Below, one piece after another: positions 1 to 11,605 of a DNA stretch of 34,990 nucleotides. Numbering within the stretch: position 1 is the stretch's first letter; each line of letters begins with the position of its first letter. The notes beneath the pieces are model-generated. The model searched no databases, was not told the DNA's origin, and worked only from the letters and a program-made list of their open reading frames with translations. Source of the stretch: Guillardia theta CCMP2712 (lineage: Eukaryota; Protista; Cryptophyta); the NCBI RefSeq assembly GCF_000315625.1, contig NW_005434553.1:45471-80460 (forward strand), in the 5' to 3' direction. A program made the position numbers and the translations under genes.

Positions 1-63
1 TGGCGTCAGCGAGCGAGCGAGCAGCGGCGGCGGCGGCGGCAGCAGCATGGCAGGACGAGTCAC

Positions 64-1141
64 CTGCGGCAGATATCCTCGTAGATGACAAAGTAGAGGC
101 CAAAGGACGGCGCATCCCGCACCATGGTCATGAGCAGGCCGCTGTAAAGCAGCCAACAGTCACTGGCTGGTCCAACTCCCTCCATGGTCCTCACCGAGTG
201 GGACCATGCTTGCCCAAGACTCCATGCTCCCTCACCATCCTCTTAATGATTCGCAGCTCCTCTACTACATGCCCCTTGCTCTTCACGTCCAGCTGTGCGA
301 TGCACTTCACCTTTCGTGTCCACGGGTCACCCGTCGCTCCTCCTCCTCCTGTTCTTGCTATTTTCCCTCCCACTACCCCTCGCCCTTCCCCTTCCCCTTC
401 CCCTTTCTTCTTCTTCTTCTTCTCCTCCTCCTCCTCCTCCACTCGTCGCCGCCTCCTACCAGCTCTGTCGGTCCAGTTATGAAAGCAGAGCCAACCCCAG
501 CTGCAACCCCAGCAGCAAAAATCTCTTTGAGACTCAGCTCTTCAGCCCCATGCCTGCCGGACAGAAGATGCATCAGCTCCTGCTCCTGCTCCTGCTACTG
601 CTACTGCTACTGCTGCCTGCTGCTGCTCATGCTGCTGTTGCTGCTGCTGCTGCTGCTTCTCCTTCTCCTCCTCGTACTCCTCCTGCCGCACCTGCTTCTC
701 ATCCACTTACAGGTGGTCTCATACGAGAGGAAGAGAACAGCATTCATCGCTCCAACCTGCCCATCCACATCATCTCCAGTCAACTTGTTCCCTCCCCTAG
801 GTACAGTCAGCGTCGGCGAGGCAACTCCCTTGAAGAAACCTCTGACACCTGAAGCACAGCAGCTCAATCATCCCCGTCACACATCTCACTGCTCCCACCT
901 TCTCCTCTCAGTGTTGAGGTCGTACATGTCCAGATGCCTAGTGGGACCTTGGCTGCCTGCGAGGTTTCGGCGTACTGGCCGCCGTTCTGAAGACGAATAC
1001 GAATGGTGTCGATCGGCTGTTGTAGACAATAAGGAAGTGAACGAGGAGGAGGAGGAGGAGGAGGAGGAGGAGGAGGGAAGAGGAGGGAGGAGGAGGAGAG
1101 GTAAACAACCAAGAGATCAACACCAGCAGTAGCAGCAACTA

Positions 1142-1216
<75 letters not shown>

Positions 1217-1537
1217 ATTCATCAGCAGTGGGAGAAGGAGTAGCAGCAGCAGCTACGTGCCTGCGTGAATATAATTCCAGCAGCACCCGCTATTCCACCG
1301 GCAATGAGCTCAGACAAGAAAGTCATGTTGTACTTGTCTCGCTTCAAGCTCGGTGAAGTCTGGAAGGAGGAACTGTTTCTTCTCGCATCATCCTTGACTT
1401 CGATGTGGTTTCATCTGCAATGTGACGTTCACTCGTACTCCTAGAGCTCCAATGTGAAGTTGTTGGCAAACTTGCACGTAAGAAGTTATTGTCTTCACTT
1501 CGTCATTGTCTACATGGCCTAGAATCTGATTCGACAT
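64..1537 (-). CDS. Mitochondrial carrier family (SLC25) protein, amino-acid/carnitine/ornithine-carrier-like; multi-exon; 3' end lies beyond the window start
   Basis: Spliced exons read [16 protein letters not shown]|[10 protein letters not shown] (carrier signature Px[DE]xx[KR]x[RK]), [45 protein letters not shown]|KCIAQ (second signature) and [23 protein letters not shown] at contact point II is typical of amino-acid carriers. The start codon is uncertain (1537, 1573 or 1579). Confidence 0.9.
1143..1215. repeat. (CAGGAG)n hexanucleotide microsatellite inside a carrier-gene intron
   Basis: Tandem gagcag/caggag units visible directly; the same intron also holds a (GAG)n run at about 1043-1100. 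Confidence 0.9.
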
Positions 1538-1572
1538 GTTCGTCGACAGAGAGAGAGAGTATGGTGAGGTCA

Positions 1573-2000
<428 letters not shown>

Positions 2001-2245
2001 ATAAGGTCTTTGTTTTATCTGATCTATAGCAGAATCATATCAGAGCTGAATCATGAGCAGAGCAGAGCGAGGGATTTTTCATCATTCGAGTCTCTCGACT
2101 TTGTCGCGAACAGCTTCTTGGGCGGCTTGCCGGACTCCTTGTGCCAAGGGATCCTTGCCATGCACCCTTCATCCCCCACTTATGACCTTTTCTAAAAAAA
2201 CCAAATTATTTTTGGTTTTGACACATGTTTTCCTTGGTTTTTTTT

Positions 2246-2345
2246 NNNNNNNNNNNNNNNNNNNNNNNNNNNNNNNNNNNNNNNNNNNNNNNNNNNNNNN
2301 NNNNNNNNNNNNNNNNNNNNNNNNNNNNNNNNNNNNNNNNNNNNN
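2246..2345. other. Assembly gap (100 N)
   Basis: Run of N. Confidence 1.
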
Positions 2346-2934
2346 CGAGACCGGGCCTCCTCCCTCCCCCCCCCCCTCCCTCCCCCTCCTCCTCTCTCCT
2401 CCTCCTCCTCGGGCCTCGTCGTCCTCCTCTTTACTCTCCTCCTTCCTCCCTGCAAGCTCAATGGCACTACCTCCCACCTACTACCTGGATCCTCGTGCCT
2501 GCTGACTCATAATTCGCTCTTGCTACCTCTTCCTCTTTCTGGCATCGCGAGGAGGATCTTACCCTCCCTCTCCCGGCTTTAATTTCTCTGCCGCATCTCC
2601 TCGTTTCTCCTCGCCATCGCTACCTGCCCGCCCTGGTCCTCCTCTTGACCTCTTCGATCCTTTGCTCGCACAGGATGCGTGCGACACAAGACGTAACCGC
2701 ACGCTGCGAGCAAGGGGGACTTTAAAGGATGGGTCATGAGGTCCGAGCTGTAAGTAAGGAACGTCACTCGCTTGTATCAGAGCATCGCAGAGCAGGAGGA
2801 CGGGATGACTTGAGTTGACTGTATCGTGCTCTAGTGGTTCTTTCTGCTTGGCTCTCAGGAGAGGAGCTACTGGAGATCGGGCCCGCTCGCTGCAGCTCTA
2901 GAGCAGGAGAGCACCGGATAGCAGCAGCGCTAGC

Positions 2935-5900
2935 ATGAACAGCGCTCCTCCTCCCCACGGGGCCCTACTCGTATCAGCCTTCGTCCTCGTGTTCCTTGCA
3001 GACCCTGGAGGAGCGGTGAACACATGGATGCAAGTTCCCATCCCCGAGTACATCTCCTGCTCCCTCCCGCTCTGCGACCCCCTCTGTGAGAACCTTGAGA
3101 GCGTCCTAGGCGAGATCTGCCCTCGAACCGCTTCCACAAACCTTATGCTCTTTGGCGGCATCCCCGGACCAGACGCGTGCTACAAGGAGGTTCAGGGGTG
3201 GGTGTCTGGCCCGAAACCCAGCGCGAGTGAGAGGAGGAGAAGAGGGAGGAAGGTGCAGTGACACGTTCCTAGGTGACCCGACGGGCTGTGGCCCCTGCCT
3301 GCTGCAGTCGGAGAAGTCAAGGTGTAACGTGAACTCGGGAGCAGGGAGAGGATACAGCGCTGGAGGGCCGATCGCTCGGACAGGTTCTGTTAGAGGAGGA
3401 GGAAGAGGAGGAGGAGGAGGAGGAGGAGGAAAGGTTGGGGGGGGGGGGGGAGGGGCCAAGGGGGAAAGAGGAAGAGGTCACTCGAAGAAGTGGCCCCCCT
3501 ATGATCGTGGATGAAACTCCCCTCCCCTCTGACTACATCGGTGCCACTATTCTCCTCATCTTCCGGGGGGAAGGACATCAACCGAAACCTTCTTTACCTC
3601 TTTCTGGTGGTAATTTTATTTAAAACTTGCCCCCGTGTTTCAAATAAAACCAGCCAAACCTATGTACAAGGTCTCCTTTTTTAAGGGGCCCGAACNNNNN
3701 NNNNNNNNNNNNNNNNNNNNNNNNNNNNNNNNNNNNNNNNNNNNNNNNNNNNNNNNNNNNNNNNNNNNNNNNNNNNNNNNNNNNNNNNNNNNNNNNNNNN
3801 NNNNNNNNNNNNNNNNNNNNNNNNNNNNNNNNNNNNNNNNNNNNNNNNNNNNNNNNNNNNNNNNNNNNNNNNNNNNNNNNNNNNNNNNNNNNNNNNNNNN
3901 NNNNNNNNNNNNNNNNNNNNNNNNNNNNNNNNNNNNNNNNNNNNNNNNNNNNNNNNNNNNNNNNNNNNNNNNNNNNNNNNNNNNNNNNNNNNNNNNNNNN
4001 NNNNNNNNNNNNNNNNNNNNNNNNNNNNNNNNNNNNNNNNNNNNNNNNNNNNNNNNNNNNNNNNNNNNNNNNNNNNNNNNNNGGGAGGAGGAGGAGGAGG
4101 ACGGGAGGGACGGGGCGGGGAGGGGTAGGGTGGGGGGGGGGGCAGGGCTGATGGACGGAGAGGAGGGGGAGCTGATGGAGGGCACTAGGTAGTGTACGGG
4201 GGTCTATCTCCGAACTGCACAGACTACTGCGACGATCTGTGGTACTACGACATCATGGCGAACCACTGGTACATGCTGTACGGGGAGTGGTGGGGCCAAG
4301 ACCGGACGTGGCAGAGAATGTGGGACTACGCGGCGTACGGGCAGCAGCATCCGTCGAAGAGATTCGGGCACAACGCAGTGCTGTCAAACAACTTCCTCTT
4401 CGTCTTCGGGGGCTTCAAGAACGGCACCTTCGACGCCTGTTGCGGTTACGACTGGGTCGTGTGTGGTGCACCCAACAACCTCGTCCCGATCTTTCCCAGC
4501 TCAGGGTGCGGGTTCCTGCATGACATGTGGTCGGCGGACACGCTCAAGTACGAGCCGTTCCAGACTCTCATCTCGCTCAACAAGCACGCGACTCAGTCCA
4601 GCACCCTCGGGACAGGAGTCGCAGCGCTGGCAGTGGACGGGAACACGAGCGGGTACTACTCGGACACGTGGGCGAACTCAGTCACGCTGACAAACAGCGA
4701 CGACGAGGCCTGGTGGCAGGTCGACCTCGGGCAGAGCTACATCATACGGAACATGACCATCTACAACCGACTCGACGCCTTCTCGGAAAGGCTCCAGAAC
4801 TTTTACGTGCTGTTTGCAACGGTCCCGTTCCAGTCAGATTGGCTGCGAGACATTCTGATAGACCCTCTTGTATTCAAGACGCATGTCATGTACGTTCAAG
4901 ATCTGCAGTCTCTTGATCTGGACATCACAGCGAGGTACGTCAGGATACAACTAGCAGGCACAAACTACCTCTCCCTTGCCGAAGTTCAGATCTGGGGGCA
5001 CCCGCTGGTGCAAGCATGGCAGAGCATGGAAGGGATGAAGAAATGGACGCAGGTCCTGCCCAACAGTGACATCTATCCCTACGGAAGGTTCGCAGCCACT
5101 CTCACCATGTACAACGAGCACACAGCCCTCCTGTTCGGGGGGATGGTGAAGGAGACTCCTTACTTCCTCGACGACACCTGGACTTGCACCCTCCCTGATG
5201 TCAACCAGACCACACAGCAAGTTGCCTGGTCCAGGCTGAGCATGAAGAAGCAGCAACCTCAGAACACGTTCCCTGTCGGGAGGTACGGGCATGCCGCAGC
5301 CTTCTCGCCTGTCTGCTCCTTGGGGTATGACATCGAACTCGGCGTGCTAGACGGGACTATCGTGCTCAACCGGGTGACTGGATCCGTCCCGGGATATGTC
5401 TACCCAGGTAACCCCCAGCAGACACCCTGGTGCCGAGGGCAGATCATCATCCATGGAGGGAGGACGAGCGCGAATCGAGACACCACAGACATCGCCTACC
5501 CCTCGGGGTTCCTGCCGGACATGTGGATCTACAACGTGTCGAGCGAGACTATCAGTCAGGTGAACTTCTCGCGGAGCTCTGGCTTCCCGAGCGCCCGAGC
5601 CCATCACGCCATCGTCCTGCACAAGGACTGGCTCATCCTGTACGGGGGGACCAGCGACTCCTGCCCCGGCTCCACCTGCGGGGACCTGTGGATGTACAAC
5701 GTGTCGGGCCCCAACTCCTGCCCTAACGACTGCAACGGGCATGGCACGTGCGAGTGGGGGTTCTGTATCTGCGATGCGGGCTTCAAGGCCGTGGACTGCT
5801 CGGAGCTGAGCTGCCCACAAGCTCAGTGCTCGTTCAGCTACTCCGATCACTGGCTGACGTGCCTCGAGTGTCACAACCAGTACGAGCCCTCCCTTCCTCA

Positions 5901-7909
5901 GTTGCTTCCTCTCTTTGTACCCCCTTCTACTCTTCGTGCCTTGCTCTTCTTTCTTCTTGTGCTGAAGGCTTTGCAGTGGTCTCTGCAACACGAGCGGGTT
6001 CTGCTTGTGCAACCAGGGATGGGGCGGAGAGTCTTGTCAGCTCATCAGCTGCCCAGGTCAGCCCCGACTACTTTTCTCCCCACCCCTCCTCTTCCTCTTC
6101 CTCTTCCTCTTCCTCTTCCTCTCCTCTCCTCTCCTCTCCTCTCCTCTCCTCTCCTCTCCTCTCCTCTCCTCTCCTCTCCTCTCCTCTCCTCTCCTCTCCT
6201 CTCCTCTCCTCTCTCCTCATCTCATCTCGTTTCGTTTTCTCTGTCTCACTCGGGTTGTCAGGGAACTGCTCGGGCCACGGGACCTGCAAGCTCGGAGGGA
6301 CGTGCGACTGCGACCCAAACTTTGGAGGGCCCGACTGCTTCGTTGCCTTCTGCCCCAACAACTGCACCACGTGGAGCGATGGGTACGACTCGGGGGCGCA
6401 GGGGGAGTGTGTCATCACCAGGAACCCGTAAGAGCAGCTCAACGAGCAGGTTATCAGGCTGAGACGCGTCAAACTGACTTGTTTCTGTCAGACCATGCTG
6501 CGGAAACGAGCCGGACTGTGTTCAGGTACTTGTGATCGCGTTCCCTTCAAGAGTTTTGACAAGTTCCTTCAAGACGTCAAAGTCGCCAAGCCCCTGTATA
6601 TCTAGAAACCCCAACTATATCCCTCCTCATCAAGTCTCCGCTACCTGCGTCTGCTCCGACACGTACGTGGCCCCCTCCCCCTATCTAACCTTCCTGGTCC
6701 ACCTCGCTCCTCCTCGCTCCTCCTCCGTCCTCTCTTGTCCACCTCATGGCTGATCGATTCTCAGCTACACTGGGATCGACTGCTCTCAGACCATCGCCGA
6801 CGTCATCATCAGCCAGCAGCTGGCCAAGGGCGTTCAGAAAAGCGCCGGCTGTTTCGCCTCGCACAGTGAAGTGTATACCGTGGAGGCAGAGGGTTTGAGG
6901 ATCAGAAAGATCTCCGAGCTTCAAGGTCATCCCCCCCCTGCCTTGCCGTCCCCTCGTCTCCTGACCTCTCGCCTGTAGTGGGGGACACAATCTTGACCAT
7001 GAACGATGCTGGGAAGGTGCTGGAGGCTTGCGATGGTGTGACTAGATGTGACTCGACCCTGTCAAGCAGCTGGACAGCACACGCGTGATCTTCTTGCACG
7101 ACCATCCCGACCAAGTCGAGACCAACAAGATCTCCTTCCTCTCCAGCGAGGGCCTCGTGTCCACGTTGGAGCTGACAGGTCAGGAGGAACCCTTCCTCCT
7201 CCTCCTCCTCCTCCTCGTCCTCCTCCTCCTCCTCCTTCCCGTCCTCCTCGTCCTCGTCCTCCTCCACCACCCCTGACGCAATCGCAGACTGGCACGCAGT
7301 CTCGTCGGAGGTAACATGCACAGGAAGGAACAACTGCGGCATCCGTCTTATGTACGGCCACGAGATGAAGCGAGGACATGGGATAGTGAGGAGGAACGGA
7401 GGTATCTCGTCCATGCCTGCTGTGAACTCTCCCTCCTCCTCCTCACTCTTTCGCTGCAGACTCGTTCGATACCGCCCGCGTCATCAGCATCGAGCGAGGC
7501 TTGTCCAGAGTTCGCTACATCGTGACCGGCAACGATCGACTGGTGGTCAACCAGGTGCTTTCGCTCCCCCACACCTCAGAGTCGGCTCACACCTCCAGCA
7601 GGCGCTGGGGATCGTGTACAGCACTGCTCTTGCTAGCCTTGAAAGCCTTCCCTTCCGCTTCCTGTTTTGGTTGTCTCCCACCTTGCTCTCGCATCCTGCC
7701 ACAAGTACTGCCATCCTCCTCCCTGTCTGTGCGTGACGCTGCTGACTGCAGGAAAGAGCCTCGAGACGGTTCTCGAATCGCCAGCTCTGCGAGCAGCAGA
7801 AATGTTGTTCAATCACCTGGTTGGGATGCTGCCGGCATGGAAACAGGGAAGTCAGTCTGGATCAGAACTAATGGCTGGTCGTACTAGAAGCAATGAGTTG
7901 GAATCATAA
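2935..7909 (+). CDS. Secreted multidomain protein: signal peptide - Kelch repeats with an inserted F-type lectin (F5/8C-like) domain - tenascin-type EGF repeats - C-terminal Hog (Hint + SRR) domain
   Basis: N-terminus MNSAPPPHGALLVSAFVLVFLADPGGA is signal-peptide-like, with an in-frame stop upstream. Kelch motifs: PSKRFGH..FVFGG..DMW, PYGRFAA..LLFGG..DDTW, PVGRYGH..IIHGG..DMW, PSARAHH..ILYGG..DLW. F-type lectin at 4570-4998. EGF: CPNDCNGHGTCEWGFCICDAGFKAVDC and CPGNCSGHGTCKLGGTCDCDPNFGGPDC. Exons 6765-7909 splice by GT-AG in consistent phase to give GCF..ISELQVGD..LELTDWH..LVVNQ. The link between the N-terminal exons and the rest crosses the gap at 3696-4082 and is inferred. Confidence 0.85.
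3696..4082. other. Assembly gap inside the Kelch-Hog gene
   Basis: Run of N; the flanks are homopolymer-rich and probably of low quality. Confidence 1.
6085..6220. repeat. (CTCTTC)n/(CTCCT)n microsatellite in an intron between EGF exons
   Basis: Tandem units lie between donor ccag|gtcagc and acceptor tgtcag|ggaac. Confidence 0.9.
6847..7909 (+). other. Hog (Hedgehog-type Hint + sterol-recognition-like region) domain spread over 7 small exons
   Basis: Exons 6765-6925, 6979-7016, 7070-7178, 7288-7401, 7460-7554, 7602-7704 and 7752-7909 give G|CFASHSEVYTVEAEGLRIRKISELQVGDTILTMNDAGKLDSTRVIFLHDHPDQVETNKISFLSSEGLVSTLELTDWHAV...MYGHEMKRGHGIVRRNGDSFDTARVISIERGLSRVRYIVTGNDRLVVNQALGIVYSTALASLESLPFRFLFWLSP... 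Confidence 0.88.
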
Positions 7910-8048
7910 CGTGTTTACCAGTCATGAACAGGATTATGTACATGATATAACGAAAGTTTGTGTAATGATTATTGATCGACTCCTCCCCTTCCGTCTTCTC
8001 CCCTCCCCTCCCCCTCCCCTCCCCTCCCTTCTCCTCCCCTCCCCTCCC

Positions 8049-8148
8049 NNNNNNNNNNNNNNNNNNNNNNNNNNNNNNNNNNNNNNNNNNNNNNNNNNNN
8101 NNNNNNNNNNNNNNNNNNNNNNNNNNNNNNNNNNNNNNNNNNNNNNNN
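8049..8148. other. Assembly gap (100 N)
   Basis: Run of N. Confidence 1.
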
Positions 8149-8203
8149 GGTGGTGTCGCCTGGCTCAATTCTCCCGGTAATGCCGAGAGAGAGGAAAAGT
8201 GAA

Positions 8204-8496
<293 letters not shown>

Positions 8497-8714
8497 GCAG
8501 AGAGTAAGTAAGTGAGAACAAGAGAAGGTGATGAAGAAAGACTTTTTTGATGTTGTTACATTCTGAAAATCACAAAAAGATGCAATCTGGTCGTCATTGT
8601 CAAGATATACGCTGATACTTGTGATCAGTTCAACCTCTTGCTACTGAGAACGGATCTCTACAAATCGGATCTATGGCGGCGACAATTGAGCAAGGAGGAT
8701 AAAACTGAAACGAG

Positions 8715-9201
8715 ATGAACTGGGAGGACGTGACTGAGATAGACTTTAAACTGGAGCACTGGGACCAGGACGAGCTAAGACAGCTGTGAGCAAACTTGTG
8801 CTGAGACGCATACTGATGGTTGATCAGGAAGGAGAAGGAGAAGGAGCTGCTCTCGCGGATAGAATACTTGAAGTCTGTCAAGGGCGACAACCAGAACTCG
8901 AACCAGGCAAGCAGCGTCATCGAATCTCAAGATGCCAACGACCCGTCGAGCTCTTCCTGCACGTCAGGTGGGAATGAGCTGAAAAGAGCGTAAGAATAAC
9001 GAGGAGCAGGCGAGGGTGAGAAGGAGGAGCCCCTCTCCCTCACCGAGAGAGTCGCAAGACTGTACGCATGGCAAGATGCGACGCCTGGTAACCAGGACCT
9101 CTCCACCTCTCACCTCGCAACCTGGTAAGGAGCAGGAAGAGCAGGGGCAGGACGACCATGAGGGAGAGGAAGGGGGGTGGGGGGTGGGCAAGAGCAGTAG
9201 A

Positions 9202-9233
<32 letters not shown>

Positions 9234-9234
9234 T

Positions 9235-9266
<32 letters not shown>

Positions 9267-11450
9267 TAGCAGCAGCAGCAGCAGCAGCAGCAGTCTTCTC
9301 AAGTGACTGATCTGTCAGCTTTGCCTTCGTGAGCGAAGAGAACGACAAACTGCGTCAGACAGTGCAGGACCTCGAGTTCTTTCACAAGACCGTAACTTGA
9401 TGGCTGCCATGGTTCTCCTCCAGTCTCACTAGCGCAGGTTGACGATGCGGAGGAGCAGCGGCGGCTGAGCCAGGAGACCATCAGGTGCTGGTAGGGGAAG
9501 AGTTTTTAACCTCTCAGACCCCTCGGCAGCACTCTAGAGCTCCGACTCGAAGCCCAGCTGAAACGGATTGTCAGCCTGAAGGAGCAGCTGAGCGAGGCCA
9601 GGAGGAGGGAGAAGCAGCTCAAGTGAGCGCTGCGACCTGTGCCGTCATGTCCCTTGACTGGCCGCGTCCAGGATGCTGCTCGGACGCAAGTTTGACAACT
9701 CGGCGGAGGTGATGGCGGCTATAGACATGCAGGGCACTTGTGAGGAAGGGAGGGAGGGAGGGAGGGAGGAGCGACTGACCTGTGGGGCCAGGGCGACAAG
9801 TGAAGCAGCTGGTGGAGGGGCTGGTGAGGGAAGTGAAGGTGTGCAGGCATGAGCAAGACGAGAGTCTAGAGCTCTACGAGCGCATGCTCAACGACATCCT
9901 CTGCGAGAAGAACCAGGCGGACATGGTGAGTCACGTCAGCCGAGCTCACGTCGGCTCCAGCTGAAGCCCTTGGACACAGGCCCACCAAGAGGCTTCTAGA
10001 GCCTCTGCCGCCTCCAGTAGCTGGGCGGAGGCTCTGAGCAAGAGGCTGACGAGGACGAGGACGTTCCATGCCTGGAGGCATCACACCAGCGTCAAGATCC
10101 GACGAGTCCAGCTGGCAACCAGCTCACGGGTAGCTCGACACCATGCTCGCCTCGGATGCTTCAGCTGGTGGAGGGCAAGCGTAGAGAGCTCTAGAGCTCA
10201 GCGGCGCTTGACGCGCTCATGGTCTGGCCTGCTGGCCCTGAGGGCCTGGCGGGAGCTGCTGGAGAGGAAGCGAGGGCTGCGCGAGCGCTCGAGGCGCGAG
10301 CTGGAGCAGCGAAGGATAAGGAAGATGCTGGACGTGTGGAGGGAGGAGGTGGTGCTGGAACGTCACGTGCTGGGGCTCGAGCAGGGGCGTGTGGAGCGGA
10401 AGGTGCGAAAGCTGCTTACCAGCTGGAAGCTGCTGCTGATCATGAGGAGAGCCAAGAGCCTGGTCCTCCACAAGCTCACACGAGACTTGTACGAGAGCAG
10501 TAGAACTCTTTGCTTCATGCGATGGCACGCGCAGGCGAACCGAGCAAGGTTGACGAGGCACCGAGAGAGGACGTGCAGGAGGCGATGCGATCACAGGAGA
10601 CTGAAGCTGCTGCTGCGAGCATGGAGGACTTGGACTGAGAGGGAGAGGAAGAGCTCGCAACTGACGCCTGACCGACACGTGCTGGGGAAGGTCCTGGAAC
10701 AAGTTCATCAGCTCATCGTGTCAAACTCGGACATCCTGCAGGAGATATCGCAACCTCCTGCTACTGCAGACTCGCTCCACGTCAACGAGGCCCAAGAGAG
10801 AACAGAGACAGGCAGCGGGCTGGGCAAACTGACCAGGAGCAACAGCACGCAGACCAGCAGTAGGCGTTTGCTGCTGAGACTAAGTGGAGCCAGAGCGTAC
10901 ATGGACGAGTATACCATAGATGAGGTAAGTCGCCAATACCATCTTCCTATTCTCCTCCCTCCTCCTCCTCCTCCTCCTCCTCCTCCTCCTCCTCCTCCCA
11001 TCTTCAACAGCCACCACCATCTTCATTACAGCAATCTGATTTTCCTTGCAGCCGGGTGGAGCAGATGGAGAGTCTCAGCGTCTTGTAGTGATCAGAAGGC
11101 ACAAGAGGAGGCAGCAAGATCTCCTCCTCCTCCTCCTCCTCCTCGCCTGGCGGGCAAGCGCATCATCGACGAAGCTCGTCATCGCATCGAAACATGCTCT
11201 AGCGCTACCTCCCCTCAGGTCCTCCTTCCTCCTCTGGCGCTCCCGCCGCTCCGCCGCGCTCATGGCCTACCGCTGCTTCCATCACCTGAGCCGGCGACTG
11301 AGATGCAGGCTGAGGTGCGAGAGGATGGGACATCTGTACAGGAGGGAGCAGGAGAGGCACAGGCGGCAAGTGACTCACTTGTACCTCTCCTGGTCCCTTA
11401 TGAGCTGGCGGCTGCCGCAGAGCTCAGGCAGGCAGCAGCTCGTTTGTTGA
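8715..11450 (+). CDS. Coiled-coil protein with Sfi1-like (putative centrin-binding) tryptophan repeats; multi-exon
   Basis: MNWEDVTEIDFKLEHWDQDELRQL|KEKEKELLSRIEYLK followed by coiled-coil exons. The long exon (about 9980-10925) has recurring F/L-x-x-W-R/K-like motifs (FHAWR, FSWWR, LRAWR, LDVWR, LTSWK, FMRWH, LRAWR) about 27-33 aa apart in a basic helical context. The last exon (ORF 11046-11450) adds LLAWR, FLLWR and LMSWR. Confidence 0.65.
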
Positions 11451-11519
11451 GCCTAGTATTCGCCATGCTGCCATGATGTCATTTTCATGTAATACTAGCC
11501 TATCATGTGAGTGATATCA

Positions 11520-11605
11520 GTGATGTGATGTGATGTGATGTGATGTGATGTGATGAGATGTGACGTGACGTGATGAGATGTGATGTGATGTGATGTGATG
11601 TGATG
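11520..11605. repeat. (GTGAT)n pentanucleotide microsatellite
   Basis: Tandem gtgat with gagat/gtgac variants, just downstream of the Sfi1-like gene. Confidence 0.95.

Noticed and set aside
3430-3695. Odd homopolymer-rich sequence next to the gap (also about 2190-2245)
   Set aside because: Probably low-quality read ends flanking assembly gaps; not interpreted.
6847-7704. Hint domain as a self-splicing intein or mobile element
   Set aside because: There is no terminal His-Asn/Gln followed by Cys/Ser/Thr, no endonuclease domain and no C-extein. It is C-terminal, interrupted by introns and followed by an SRR-like tail, which fits the Hog type.
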